Assembly: GCA_016792585.1 (NCBI GenBank)
Contig: JAEULB010000159.1
Span: 47,097 to 111,096, forward strand
DNA: 64,000 bases
From: Rhodospirillaceae bacterium
GTDB taxonomy: Bacteria > Pseudomonadota > Alphaproteobacteria > SHVZ01
Direction of reading: 5' to 3'
The notes under the pieces were generated by a model. It searched no databases. It saw only the letters and a program-made list of their open reading frames with translations, and was not told where the DNA came from. Shown here in pieces: positions 36,685 through 46,095 of this stretch (its first letter is position 1; each line of letters begins with the position of its first letter). The position numbers were made by a program, and so were the translations under genes.

Positions 36685-37719
36685 ATGGCCACTGAGACAA
36701 TCCGCGTCGGCGTGACGCGCGACGCCCTCCTCGCCGGCACCGAGAAGACTTTCTTCGATCCGTCCGCGCTGGAGATCCTGAAAGGCGCCAAGGAGATCAC
36801 CTGGGAGTACCTGCCGGAGGCCAAGAAAGTCCTGACCGCCGACGACGCGGCCAAGTACGACATCATTTCGGTCGTCGCCGCAGGCATCGGCGCCGACGCG
36901 CTCGGCCGGGCCGACCAGAAGCTGAAGCTGGTCGCAGGGTTCGGCGCCGGCTACGACAACCGCGACGTCAAGGCGCTGACCGCCAACGGCGTGCTGCTGA
37001 CCAACAACCCGGACGCCGTGCGCCGACCGATGGCGACGACGCAGCTGACCTTCATCCTGGCGCTCGCGCACAAGCTGAACCACAAGGACCGCATCACCCG
37101 CGCCGGCAAATGGACCGACCAGCGCCAGTACTACGGCGTCGGCCTCACCGGGCGCACGCTCGGCACGATCGGCTTCGGCAACATCGCCAAGGAGCTGTTC
37201 AAGATCGCGAAGCCGCTCGACATGAAGTTCATCGCCCACGACCCCTACGCGAAGGAAGAGGATGCGAAGGCGTTGGGCGTGAAGCTGGTCGACTACGACA
37301 CGCTGTTCCGCGAATCCGACTTCGCCTGCGTCAACGTGCTGCTGAACGACTCGACCCGGAAGCTGGTCGGTGAGCGTGCCTTCAGCCTGATGAAGCCGAC
37401 CGCCTATTTCATTTCCGCCGCGCGCGGGCCGATCGTCGACGAGAAGGCGATGTACGACGCGCTGGCGAGCAACAGGATCGCCGGCGCCGGCATCGACGTG
37501 TTCGAGCAGGAGCCGACGCCGCCGGACAACCCGATCCTGAAGCTCGAGAACGTCTTCGTCTCCCCGCACTCGCTCTGCCATACCGACGAGTGCAACCGGC
37601 TGCTCGCCGAAGGCTCGTTCAGGTCGGCGACCGCGTACGCGCGGAAGGAGACGCCGCCGAAGCTGATCAACCCCGACGCGCTCCAGCACCCGCGTCAGAA
37701 GGCCTGGTTCGGGAAGTAG
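36685..37719 (+). CDS. D-isomer-specific 2-hydroxyacid dehydrogenase family protein
   Basis: 344 aa from MATETIRVGV. Contains GTIGFGNIAKE (NAD motif) and SAARG...DVFEQEP...SPH (catalytic R/E/H). Confidence 0.8.
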   Translation: MATETIRVGVTRDALLAGTEKTFFDPSALEILKGAKEITWEYLPEAKKVLTADDAAKYDIISVVAAGIGADALGRADQKLKLVAGFGAGYDNRDVKALTANGVLLTNNPDAVRRPMATTQLTFILALAHKLNHKDRITRAGKWTDQRQYYGVGLTGRTLGTIGFGNIAKELFKIAKPLDMKFIAHDPYAKEEDAKALGVKLVDYDTLFRESDFACVNVLLNDSTRKLVGERAFSLMKPTAYFISAARGPIVDEKAMYDALASNRIAGAGIDVFEQEPTPPDNPILKLENVFVSPHSLCHTDECNRLLAEGSFRSATAYARKETPPKLINPDALQHPRQKAWFGK

Positions 37720-37723
37720 GCGC

Positions 37724-38275
37724 CTAGTTCGACAGCGGCGTCCGCGTCACCGGGATCCGTGGCGCCGCAGCGGGCACGCCCTCGACGTTCTTCGGCGGCA
37801 GCAGCTTGACCGCGGCATCGAGCGCGTCGATCAGCTGAGCGTCGACATGCTCGCCCGGGGGCAACGCGTTGGTCTTCCGGAAGCTCACGATCGCGACCTT
37901 GGTCCGCCGGCCGAGCGCACCGTCGGCGGCGCCGATCTGGTAGCCCAGCTGCTCCAGATAGAACTGCGTGCGTGCGATCGCCCGACGGTCAACGACGAAA
38001 GGTTCCGGAGGCGGCGGTGCCGCGACCGGCGGCGGTAGTGCAGCGACTGACGGGGGCGCCGATGCCGGCGGTGGCTCCGACGATTGCGGCGGTGGCGGTG
38101 GCGTGGGCGAAGGGGCGGCCGGCACTGGCTGCGGCGGCAGGGCCAGCGTCACCTGGGTGGCCGGCGCCGCGCTGCGATCCGGCTTCGGCACGAAGCGCCA
38201 GCCAAGCCAACCAGCCGCGACGACGGTCGCCGCGACGCCAATCCAGCCCACTGCCTTCCCGAGCTTCCTCGACAC
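37724..38275 (-). CDS. membrane-anchored Pro-rich protein with peptidoglycan-binding-like domain
   Basis: 183 aa with an N-terminal TM segment (VGWIGVAATVVAAGWLGW) and a Pro/Ala-rich linker. C-terminal TQFYLEQLGYQIGAADGALGRRTKVAIVSFRK resembles PG_binding_1. Confidence 0.6.
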   Translation of the reverse strand: MSRKLGKAVGWIGVAATVVAAGWLGWRFVPKPDRSAAPATQVTLALPPQPVPAAPSPTPPPPPQSSEPPPASAPPSVAALPPPVAAPPPPEPFVVDRRAIARTQFYLEQLGYQIGAADGALGRRTKVAIVSFRKTNALPPGEHVDAQLIDALDAAVKLLPPKNVEGVPAAAPRIPVTRTPLSN

Positions 38276-38297
38276 GCCCTCGCCTGCCTTTCGCAGT

Positions 38298-38867
38298 CTA
38301 CATCGCCGGCGGCAGGGTCTTGGTTCCCACGCCGTCGATCAGCTTCTTCGCCTCGGCCATGTCCATCTGCGTGCCGGCCGGCTTGCAGACGACCGCGGTG
38401 ACCCGCTCGGCGATCTGCGATCCCGACCGTGCATACTGGCCGACCACGCAGGGGCGGTCCGCATTCTGCGGCCGATAGGTGAAGAGGCGGAACTTCCCTT
38501 CGGCGTTGCCGCGGAAATAGGGCTGCTCGGTGCGGGCGAAAACGAGGTTCTTGTCGGCGATCCAGGCGAGATCCTCGACCACCGCACGCAGGCCCGCGTC
38601 GCGCCACTTGGCCGGGCCGCCCACGAACTCGTACCAGAAGACCCCGAGCAGGCCATCGGCGGCATAGCCCGCCTTGTCGGTGGTCGGCACCGCCGGCGCC
38701 TCGCCCTTGGCGGGTTCGCCTTCGGCACGGTCAAAAAAAGAAGGCTTCGCGTCCTTCAGGGCGGGGATCGCGATGACCAGCGCTGAGTCCGCCGGCTCGA
38801 TCTTCTTCCAGTCCTGGGCAAAGGCCGGGGCTGTCGCCAAGAGTGCGAGGAGTATGAGAAAACGCAT
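38298..38867 (-). CDS. secreted hypothetical protein
   Basis: 189 aa with signal peptide MRFLILLALLATAPAFAQ. I recognise no family. Confidence 0.5.
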   Translation of the reverse strand: MRFLILLALLATAPAFAQDWKKIEPADSALVIAIPALKDAKPSFFDRAEGEPAKGEAPAVPTTDKAGYAADGLLGVFWYEFVGGPAKWRDAGLRAVVEDLAWIADKNLVFARTEQPYFRGNAEGKFRLFTYRPQNADRPCVVGQYARSGSQIAERVTAVVCKPAGTQMDMAEAKKLIDGVGTKTLPPAM

Positions 38868-38899
38868 GCGGGAACGGTAGCGGCCCCGCCGCCGGCTGA

Positions 38900-39961
38900 C
38901 TACCGCCTTTGGGCGCGCAGCCTTCCGACGATGCCGGTCGGGAAGAAGTAGACGCTGAGCACGAACAGGATGCCGAGCCAGAGCAGCCAGCGGTCGGGAT
39001 GCAGGAGCTGCGGCAGCAGCGGAATGCCGTCCGTCGCGGCCGAGAGCTTGCCCATAACCACCTGCAGGTAGTTCTGCGCCAGGATGAAGATCGCCGCCCC
39101 CAGCACGGCGCCATAGAGGGTGCCCATGCCGCCGATCACGACCATCAGCAGGATGTCGATCATGATCGCAAAACTGAGCGTGGTGTCGGGGCCGGTGTAG
39201 CGGAGCCAGAGCGCCATCAGCACGCCGGCCAAAGTCGCCATCGTCGCCGAGAGCACGCTGGCGACCGTTCGGTAGACGACGACGCGGTATCCGAGGGCCT
39301 CGGCGCGAAACTCGTTCTCGCGGATCGCCTGCAGCACGCGGCCGAAGGGCGAGTTGACGATCCGAAGCGCCAGCAGGAAGAGACCGAGGGAGGCGAAGAA
39401 GACCAGGTAATAGGTGAGGATGCGGCCGGTGATCGAGACGCCGAGGACCTGGTCCTCGATCAGGCGGAAGGACGGGCGCAGCATCGCCGGCACCGAATAG
39501 CTGCGGCCGTCCTCGCCGCCGGTGATGTCGCGGAGCTGGGAGGCCAGCACGGCGAAGGCCGAGGCGACCGCCAGCGTGATCATCGCGAAGAAGATCGCCC
39601 GCACGCGGAGCGAGAAGAGACCGATGACGACGGCGAGGATCAGCGACAGCAGCAAGGCGAGGGCCACACCGACGCCCATGGCCCCCCAGGTGGCGCCGAT
39701 CCCGTGCATCGCGACCGCCACCCCGTAGCCGCCGATCCCGTAGAACATCGTGTGCGCGAAGGAGACGATGCCGGTGTAGCCCAGCAGCAGGTCGTAGCTG
39801 GCCGCCAGCACGATGAAGACGCAGATCTTGGCCGCGACATTCAGCGACTGGCTGCCCGGAAACAGGAACGGCGCGAAGGCGAGCGAGACCAGGACGACCA
39901 CCAGCGCGACGGTCAGCGCATGCGAGCGCGGCAGGTCGCCGGAGAGGAGCCGATGGAGCAT
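38900..39961 (-). CDS. branched-chain-amino-acid-type ABC transporter permease (LivM-like)
   Basis: 353 aa from MLHRLLSGDLPRSHALT. Multi-TM with LLLGYTGIVSFAHTMFYGIGGY. The track ORF runs on upstream. 1-nt overlap with the upstream permease stop. Confidence 0.8.
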   Translation of the reverse strand: MLHRLLSGDLPRSHALTVALVVVLVSLAFAPFLFPGSQSLNVAAKICVFIVLAASYDLLLGYTGIVSFAHTMFYGIGGYGVAVAMHGIGATWGAMGVGVALALLLSLILAVVIGLFSLRVRAIFFAMITLAVASAFAVLASQLRDITGGEDGRSYSVPAMLRPSFRLIEDQVLGVSITGRILTYYLVFFASLGLFLLALRIVNSPFGRVLQAIRENEFRAEALGYRVVVYRTVASVLSATMATLAGVLMALWLRYTGPDTTLSFAIMIDILLMVVIGGMGTLYGAVLGAAIFILAQNYLQVVMGKLSAATDGIPLLPQLLHPDRWLLWLGILFVLSVYFFPTGIVGRLRAQRR

Positions 39962-40947
39962 CAGCGCCTCGCCACCGGGTAGAGGCCCTGCGGCCGCCAG
40001 GAGAGGATCGCCAGCATCAGCACGATGTTGGAGACCAACGCCAGCTTCGGCACCAGGAAGCCCGAGTAGTTGGCGAGCAGCGCCAGCAGGATCGATCCGG
40101 CGAAGCAGCCGCCGACCGAGCCCAAGCCGCCGATGATGATGGCGATGAAGATCAGCACCATCATCTCCATGCCCATCGAGGCGACCAGGATCTGGCGATA
40201 GAGAGCCCAGAGCACGCCGCCTAGGCCGGCCAGCGCCGAGCCGGCGACGAAGACGCCGACGAAGATCTTCCTGATGTCGTATCCCAGCGCCTCGACCATC
40301 TCGGTGTTCTCGACGCCGGCGCGGATCAGGAGGCCGATCCGGGTGCGGTTGAGGCCGAGATGCATGCCGGCGAAGACGGCGAGACCCAGCAGGATCGCGA
40401 AGACGCGGAAGCGCTCGACCGCGGCATCGCCGATCACGAAGGAACCGCGCAAGGTCTCGGGCAGGCGCACCGGGATCGGGTTGGCACCCCAGAGCGCGTG
40501 GATCAGCTGTTCGGCGACGATCAGCCCGCCGGTGGTGATCAGGATCTGCTTCAAGTGCTGGCCGTAGACCGGCCGGATCACCACGCGCTCGAAGAAGTAG
40601 CCGAGCGCGCCGGTCGCGACCATCGCGACGACCGCCGCGAGCCCGATCACGCCGAGATTGAGGCCGAGCGAGTCGGCGGTACCCCAAGCCGCCAGCGGAA
40701 CCAGCACGAGCAGCGCCACATAGGCGCCGATCGAGATGAAGACGCCATGGCCGAAGTTGATGACGTCCATCAGGCCGAAGACCAGGGTCAATCCTGAGGA
40801 CATCACGAAGATCATCATGCCCATCGCCAGGCCGGCGACGGTCAGCGTTACCCAGGTGGACAGGCTGCCGACGAAGGGCAGCGCCCCCAGCGCCAAGGCC
40901 GCGATCAGGATCAGCGGCGCCCAGTCAGCATGCTTCGTCTCGGTCAC
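39961..40947 (-). CDS. branched-chain-amino-acid-type ABC transporter permease (LivH-like)
   Basis: 328 aa from GTG (VTETKHADW) overlapping the ATPase stop (GTGA). Contains LTLVFGLMDVINFGHGVF. Confidence 0.75.
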   Translation of the reverse strand: MTETKHADWAPLILIAALALGALPFVGSLSTWVTLTVAGLAMGMMIFVMSSGLTLVFGLMDVINFGHGVFISIGAYVALLVLVPLAAWGTADSLGLNLGVIGLAAVVAMVATGALGYFFERVVIRPVYGQHLKQILITTGGLIVAEQLIHALWGANPIPVRLPETLRGSFVIGDAAVERFRVFAILLGLAVFAGMHLGLNRTRIGLLIRAGVENTEMVEALGYDIRKIFVGVFVAGSALAGLGGVLWALYRQILVASMGMEMMVLIFIAIIIGGLGSVGGCFAGSILLALLANYSGFLVPKLALVSNIVLMLAILSWRPQGLYPVARR

Positions 40948-41669
40948 TGATGGCGATCCAGGCTGAGGCCGAGCAGCCGGTGCTGAAGCTCGGCATTCTC
41001 GGCGAGCTCGGCCATCGGACCGGCATGGACGACGCGCCCGTCGTCCATCACCGCGACCGTATCGCCGAGCGCCTTGGCGGCGGCGAAGTTCTGCTCGACC
41101 AGCAGGATCGTGGCGCCCGACGCCTTCAGCTCGCGGAAGGCGGAGATCATGTTGGCGACGATGGCCGGCGCCAGGCCCTTGGTCGGCTCGTCGACGAGAT
41201 AGAGCTTGCGCGGCTCGATGATCGCACGCGCGATCGCCAGCATCTGCTTCTGCCCACCGGACAGCGCCCCGGCGGCGAGCGCCCAGAATTTCTCCAGCGC
41301 CGGGAACAGGCCGAACACCCATTTCAGGCGCTCGGCATCGATCTCCCCTTCCCTGGCGGCCAGCACCAGGTTCTCGCGCACCGTGAGGTCGGCGAAGATG
41401 CCCATGTTCTCCGGCACGTAAGCGAGACCGGAACGCGCGATCTGCGGGGTCGGACGCTGGGTCACGTTCTCGCCGGCGAGCGTCACGCGGCCGGACGAGG
41501 CGCGCCAGAGACCCATGATCGTGCGCAAGGTCGAGGTTTTCCCCGCCCCGTTGCGGCCGAGCAGCATCGTGACGCCGCTCTCCGGCACGACGAGATCGAC
41601 GCCATGCAGGATGTGATAGCGCCCGACATGGGTGTGGACGCCCGAAAGCGAGAGCAGCGGTGCGGTCAT
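40944..41669 (-). CDS. ABC transporter ATP-binding protein (LivF-like)
   Basis: 241 aa with GRNGAGKTS, LSGGQKQML and LYLVDEPT. Confidence 0.85.
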   Translation of the reverse strand: MTAPLLSLSGVHTHVGRYHILHGVDLVVPESGVTMLLGRNGAGKTSTLRTIMGLWRASSGRVTLAGENVTQRPTPQIARSGLAYVPENMGIFADLTVRENLVLAAREGEIDAERLKWVFGLFPALEKFWALAAGALSGGQKQMLAIARAIIEPRKLYLVDEPTKGLAPAIVANMISAFRELKASGATILLVEQNFAAAKALGDTVAVMDDGRVVHAGPMAELAENAELQHRLLGLSLDRHQ

Positions 41670-42439
41670 GCCGCCGCCACGCCGAGATAGGCTTCCTGGA
41701 CGACGGCCGAGGCGATCACCTCGGCCGGCAGGCCGTCGGCAACGAGCTGGCCGTTATGCAAAACGATGATGCGGTCGGCGAGCGAGCGGACCACGTCCAT
41801 CTTGTGCTCGACCAGCAGGATGGTGGCGTTCGCCCGCGCCTTGATCTCCTGGATCAGCTCCAGGATGGTCGGCACCTCGTCGACGCTCATGCCGGCGGTC
41901 GGCTCATCGAACATGAAGATGTCAGGCTCGAGCGCCAGCATCAGCGCGACTTCGAGCTTCCGCTGGTCGCCATGCGACAGCGAGGCGACAGCAGCGTCGC
42001 GGCGGTCGGCAAGACGCACGCGCGCCAGCATCGCCTCCGCCTTCTCGATCAGCGCGCGCCGGTCGCTCCACAGGCTGACGAGGTCGAGCCCGACCCGCGC
42101 CCGGCTCTGCACGGCAAGCCGCACGTTCTCGGCGACGGTGAGGTTGGGAAACAGGTTGGTCAGCTGGAAGGCGCGGCCCATGCCGCGATGGGTGCGGGCC
42201 GAGACCGGGAGTCCGGTCACGTCCTCGCCCTTCAGCAGCACCGTGCCGGCGCTGGCCTTGAGCTGTCCCGAGATCAGGTTGAAGTAGGTGGTCTTGCCGG
42301 CGCCGTTGGGACCGACGATCGCGGTCAGGCTGCCGGAGCGGAAGCTGCAGCTAACCTTGTCGACGGCGACATGGCCGCCGAAGCGGATGGTGAGGTCGCG
42401 CGTCTCCAGCGCCGGCGCGTCCATCTTTGTCCCCGACAC
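41666..42439 (-). CDS. ABC transporter ATP-binding protein (LivG-like)
   Basis: 257 aa with GPNGAGKTT, LSHGDQRKLEV and FMFDEPTAG. Confidence 0.85.
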   Translation of the reverse strand: MSGTKMDAPALETRDLTIRFGGHVAVDKVSCSFRSGSLTAIVGPNGAGKTTYFNLISGQLKASAGTVLLKGEDVTGLPVSARTHRGMGRAFQLTNLFPNLTVAENVRLAVQSRARVGLDLVSLWSDRRALIEKAEAMLARVRLADRRDAAVASLSHGDQRKLEVALMLALEPDIFMFDEPTAGMSVDEVPTILELIQEIKARANATILLVEHKMDVVRSLADRIIVLHNGQLVADGLPAEVIASAVVQEAYLGVAAA

Positions 42440-42477
42440 GAGCGGGGCGACCTCTCGGCCGCCCCTGCCCTTCGATC

Positions 42478-43680
42478 TTAGCGCTTGTTGCGGATCGGCA
42501 CCGGGATCGCCGAGGCCGGGATCTCGTTGACGAGGTCGAGCAGGTCGTACTGGTCCTTCCCGTCCTTCTTGACCCGGAAGTGATACATCGCCTGCATCGC
42601 CTGATGGTCCTCCTTGCGGAAGGTCATCTTGCCCTTGGGCGTGTCGAACTCGAGCCCTTCCATCGCGGCGATCAGCTTCTCGGTGTCGCTGCCGCCGGCC
42701 TTGGTGATGGCGGCAAGCACGGCCGAGGCCGCGGCCATTCCGCCGGCAGTGAAGAAGTCGGGCGGCATGTTGAAGCGCTTCTGGTGCTCGGCCACCAGCC
42801 AGTCGTTCATCGGGTTCTTCGGGAATCCCCAGTAGTAATAGATCGCCCCTTCCATGCCCGGATAGGCCTTGTAGGGCACCATCGCCGGCAGGATGTTGCC
42901 GCCCGGCGCGATCTCGATGTTGAAGCGCTCGGGCTTGAGGTCGGCGATCTTGGTCAGCGGGTGAGGGCCGGCCCAGATGATCACGATCACCTTGCGGCCC
43001 GGCTTGTCCTTCAACGCGTCGAACAGGCGCTGGGCCGAGGCAGTGAAGTCGGTGGTGTTCTGCGGCGCATATTCCTCGAACACGACCTTGGACGGGCTCT
43101 TCACCGCCTCAAGCGCGTCCTTCATCGCCTTCACACCGTCGCGGCCGAAGGCGTAGTCCTGCGCCAGGGTCGCGATCTGCATCGGCTCCTTCGAGAGCGC
43201 GACCGCGGCCGCGACGCCGTCCTGGGAGGAGTTGCGGCCCGTGCGGAAGATGTAGCGGTTCCACTTGTCGCCGGTGATCGAGTCGGCGACTGCCGGCTCG
43301 ACCAGCAGCACCTTCTTGTACTCCTCGGCGACCGAGAGGGCGGCCAGTGCCGCCGCCGACGAGGTGGTGCCGACCGCGATGTCGACCTTGTCGTCGCCAT
43401 AGGCCTGCTCGAGCAGCGACTTGGCGAGGTCGGGCTTCAGTTGGTCGTCCTTGACGATGACGCGGATCTTCCGGCCGTTCAGCTCCATGGAACCTTTGGT
43501 CAGATACTCGAGGCCCATCATGAAGCCGGCCTCGGTCTGCTTGGCATAGGCCTCGAGCGGGCCGGTCTTGCCGGCGATCAAGGCGATCTTGAGCTCCTGC
43601 GCCGAAGCAACTCCCCAAGACAGGGCGACGGCGGCCGCACCGCCCATTACGACACGCAGGAACCTGGAATACGCGCCCAT
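42478..43680 (-). CDS. Liv-type (type I periplasmic) ABC substrate-binding protein
   Basis: 400 aa from MGAYSRFLRVVMGGAAAVALSWGVASAQELKIALI with a GGGAGGTGAGC RBS. Confidence 0.8.
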   Translation of the reverse strand: MGAYSRFLRVVMGGAAAVALSWGVASAQELKIALIAGKTGPLEAYAKQTEAGFMMGLEYLTKGSMELNGRKIRVIVKDDQLKPDLAKSLLEQAYGDDKVDIAVGTTSSAAALAALSVAEEYKKVLLVEPAVADSITGDKWNRYIFRTGRNSSQDGVAAAVALSKEPMQIATLAQDYAFGRDGVKAMKDALEAVKSPSKVVFEEYAPQNTTDFTASAQRLFDALKDKPGRKVIVIIWAGPHPLTKIADLKPERFNIEIAPGGNILPAMVPYKAYPGMEGAIYYYWGFPKNPMNDWLVAEHQKRFNMPPDFFTAGGMAAASAVLAAITKAGGSDTEKLIAAMEGLEFDTPKGKMTFRKEDHQAMQAMYHFRVKKDGKDQYDLLDLVNEIPASAIPVPIRNKR

Positions 43681-43700
43681 GCTCACCTCCCTGGCTGGAC

Positions 43701-43716
43701 CGTCATTCATATGACG
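43701..43716. promoter_or_regulatory. inverted repeat CGTCAT-TCAT-ATGACG (candidate TetR operator)
   Basis: Read directly in the SBP/tetR divergent intergenic region. Shares the ATGACG half-site with 43808-43827. Confidence 0.35.
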
Positions 43717-43807
43717 ATCAATTCATGTTTGACCTGAAAATAGCCGCGCCCTCATGAAACGTCAACAAGGCCACGTTTCTTGACATAAGCGGCCGATAGG
43801 CGCAGGT

Positions 43808-43827
43808 ATATGACGCCATCGTCATAT
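43808..43827. promoter_or_regulatory. perfect inverted repeat ATATGACG-CCAT-CGTCATAT (candidate TetR operator)
   Basis: Read directly 9 nt upstream of the tetR ATG. Confidence 0.4.
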
Positions 43828-43835
43828 TGGACCCG

Positions 43836-44438
43836 ATGACCGCTCGCGCCGCCGCCAAGCCCCAGCCCAAGACCGACCGCGGCGAGCGGACGCGGCGGAA
43901 GATCCTGTCTGCTGCCTCGGCGGAGATCGGTCGCCGCGGTTTCAGCGTCACCTCGATCAGCGACATCACGGCCGCTGCTGGCGTCGGCCAAGGCACCTTC
44001 TACATCTACTTCGAGAGCAAGGAAGACGTGCTGCGCGAGCTGGTGCTCCAGCTTGGCCGCGACCTCCGGCATCACCTATCGGGAGCGATCGCACGCACGA
44101 AGAACCGGCTGGAGGCCGAGCGCGAGGGCCTCCGCGCCTTCATCGAGTTCGTGCGCGGCAATCCCGGCCTCTACCGCATCATCGAGGAATCGCAGTTCGT
44201 CGACGATGCGATCTATCGCCGCCACTACATGGACTTCGCGGCCACGTACCGGTCGGCCCTCGAGGTCGCCGAGCAGCGGGGCGAGATCCGCAAGGGCAAC
44301 GCCGAGGTCCGCGCCTGGGCGCTGATGGGCATGGCGGTCCTACTGGGCCAGCGCTACGGGATCTGGGACGTGGCGACCCCCCTCGACGACGTGATCGGGC
44401 CCGCCGTCGACCTGATCGGGAGAGGCATCCAGCCCTGA
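43836..44438 (+). CDS. TetR/AcrR family transcriptional regulator
   Basis: About 200 aa from ATG 43836. HTH region RRKILSAASAEIGRRGFSVTSISDITAAAGVGQGTFYIYFESKEDV. Confidence 0.85.
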   Translation: MTARAAAKPQPKTDRGERTRRKILSAASAEIGRRGFSVTSISDITAAAGVGQGTFYIYFESKEDVLRELVLQLGRDLRHHLSGAIARTKNRLEAEREGLRAFIEFVRGNPGLYRIIEESQFVDDAIYRRHYMDFAATYRSALEVAEQRGEIRKGNAEVRAWALMGMAVLLGQRYGIWDVATPLDDVIGPAVDLIGRGIQP

Positions 44439-44459
44439 TCTCGGGTAGCGTCGTGGGCA

Positions 44460-45938
44460 ATGGTCGCCGACTTCGCCCGACGCCGTGCCGAGACCACCCC
44501 CGACCGCATCGCCTTCGTCGAAGCGGCGAGCGGCCAGTCCTTCTCCTATCGCGAATTCGACGACCGGGCGGACCGGGCGGCGACTCTTCTCCGCGATCTC
44601 GGCGTTACCACGGGCGACCGCATCGCGACGCTGACGCTGAACGAGGTCGCCTTCTTCGAGATCCTGGTCGCGGCCGCGCGTATCGGCGCGATCATGGTGC
44701 CGCTCAACTGGCGGTTTGCCGCCGATGAGCTCGCCCCGATCCTTGCGGATTGCAGCCCCCGCTTGATCGTCCATGACGGCGCCAACGAGGCGATGGCGCG
44801 ACGGCTCTCCGCGCCCCGCCTGTCGCTCACCGACTACGAGGCGCGGATCGCGACGGCCTCTCCGTTCGCCCATCGCGCGGAGCCATGGCCCGCCGACGGC
44901 GTCTGGTATCTGCTCTACACCTCCGGCACGACCGGGAGGCCCAAGGCCGTGATCCAGACCTTCGGCATGGCTGAGGCCAATCACGTCAACCTGAGCCACG
45001 CGATCGGGCTCACCGCCGAAGACCGCACACTCAACTTCCTTCCCCTCTTCCACACGGCCGGCATCAACCTGCACACGCTGCCGACGCTGATATCTGGCGG
45101 CACGGTGACGATCTTCCCGAAGTTCGACGCCGACAGGGTGATCGCCGCGATCGGTTCCGGCCAGGTCACCTGCTTCTTCGGCGTGCCCGCGGTCTACCAG
45201 GCGCTCGCCCTGCACCCGCGCTTCGCATCGCTGGATCTCGGCCGCGCGCGCTCCTGGGCGTCCGGCGGCGCGCCGCTGCCGGAATCCCTGCTCCGCGCCT
45301 TTCTCGCACGCGGGGCGCGCGTCTGCGCCGGCTACGGCATGACCGAGACCGGGCCGACGCTCTGCCTGATGGATCCCGGCAGCGTCGAGGCGAAGGTCGG
45401 CTCGTCCGGCAAGGCACAAACCCTTTCGCAGGTCCGCATCGTCGACGATCTCGGGCGCGACGTTCCGACCGGCATGTCGGGCGAAGTGCTGGTGAAGGGC
45501 GCCAACGTCACGCCCGGCTACTGGAACAACGACGCTGCGACCCGCGCCGCCTTCACCGCCGACGGGTGGCTCAAGACCGGCGACGTCGGGCGCCTGGATG
45601 AAGACGGCTACGTCACCATCGTCGACCGCCTCAAGGACATGTTCATCTCCGGCGGCGAGAACGTCTATCCGGCCGAGGTCGAACGCGCGCTCCTCGCCCA
45701 TCCCGACGTGCTCGAGGCCGCCGTGATCGGCGTCGCCGACGAACGCTGGGGCGAGGTCGGTCGCGCCTTCGTCGTGCCTCGGGAGAACGCGCGGCCGGAG
45801 CCGGAGCGGCTCCGCGCCTTCTGCCGCGACCGGATTGCCGGATACAAGGTGCCGCAGACGATCCTGGTCGTCGGCGACCTGCCACGCACCGCCGCCGGCA
45901 AGGTGCAGAAGCACCTGCTGCGGGTGCGTACCGACTGA
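44460..45938 (+). CDS. AMP-dependent synthetase/ligase (acyl-CoA or aryl-CoA ligase)
   Basis: 492 aa with LLYTSGTTGRPKAV (AMP motif), GYGMTETG, TGDVGRLDEDGY and a C-terminal GKVQK. Confidence 0.85.
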   Translation: MVADFARRRAETTPDRIAFVEAASGQSFSYREFDDRADRAATLLRDLGVTTGDRIATLTLNEVAFFEILVAAARIGAIMVPLNWRFAADELAPILADCSPRLIVHDGANEAMARRLSAPRLSLTDYEARIATASPFAHRAEPWPADGVWYLLYTSGTTGRPKAVIQTFGMAEANHVNLSHAIGLTAEDRTLNFLPLFHTAGINLHTLPTLISGGTVTIFPKFDADRVIAAIGSGQVTCFFGVPAVYQALALHPRFASLDLGRARSWASGGAPLPESLLRAFLARGARVCAGYGMTETGPTLCLMDPGSVEAKVGSSGKAQTLSQVRIVDDLGRDVPTGMSGEVLVKGANVTPGYWNNDAATRAAFTADGWLKTGDVGRLDEDGYVTIVDRLKDMFISGGENVYPAEVERALLAHPDVLEAAVIGVADERWGEVGRAFVVPRENARPEPERLRAFCRDRIAGYKVPQTILVVGDLPRTAAGKVQKHLLRVRTD

Positions 45939-45943
45939 GGTCG

Positions 45944-46094
45944 TCCCCCCTCTTCCGGCAAAGCCGGGGGGAGGGTTGGGGTGGGGGCGAGCGAAGCGAG
46001 GAATGGATCTAAAGAACTCAGCGACGGAAACCTCGCGACGCCTTGCATCGCTCGCCCCACCCTGCCCTCCCCCGCGTACGACGCGGGAGAGGGT
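45944..46094. repeat. roughly 150-bp nested-palindrome intergenic element (MITE/REP-like)
   Basis: The left arm is CCCCTCTTCCGGCAAAGCCGGGGGGAGGGTTGGGGTGGGGGCGAGCGA. The right arm is TCGCTCGCCCCACCCTGCCCTCCCCCGCGTACGACGCGGGAGAGGG. The arms are near reverse complements, and each contains its own hairpin. They flank a core of about 45 bp. The element fills the gap between two convergent genes. Confidence 0.5.
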
Positions 46095-46095
46095 T

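Noticed and set aside
37990-38210. Repetitive CCGCCG / GGCGGC-rich stretch considered as a tandem repeat or CRISPR-like array
   Set aside because: It has no regular repeat-spacer periodicity. It is the coding sequence of the Pro/Ala-rich linker (PPQPVPAAPSPTPPPPPQSSEPPPASAPP) of the PG-binding-like protein.
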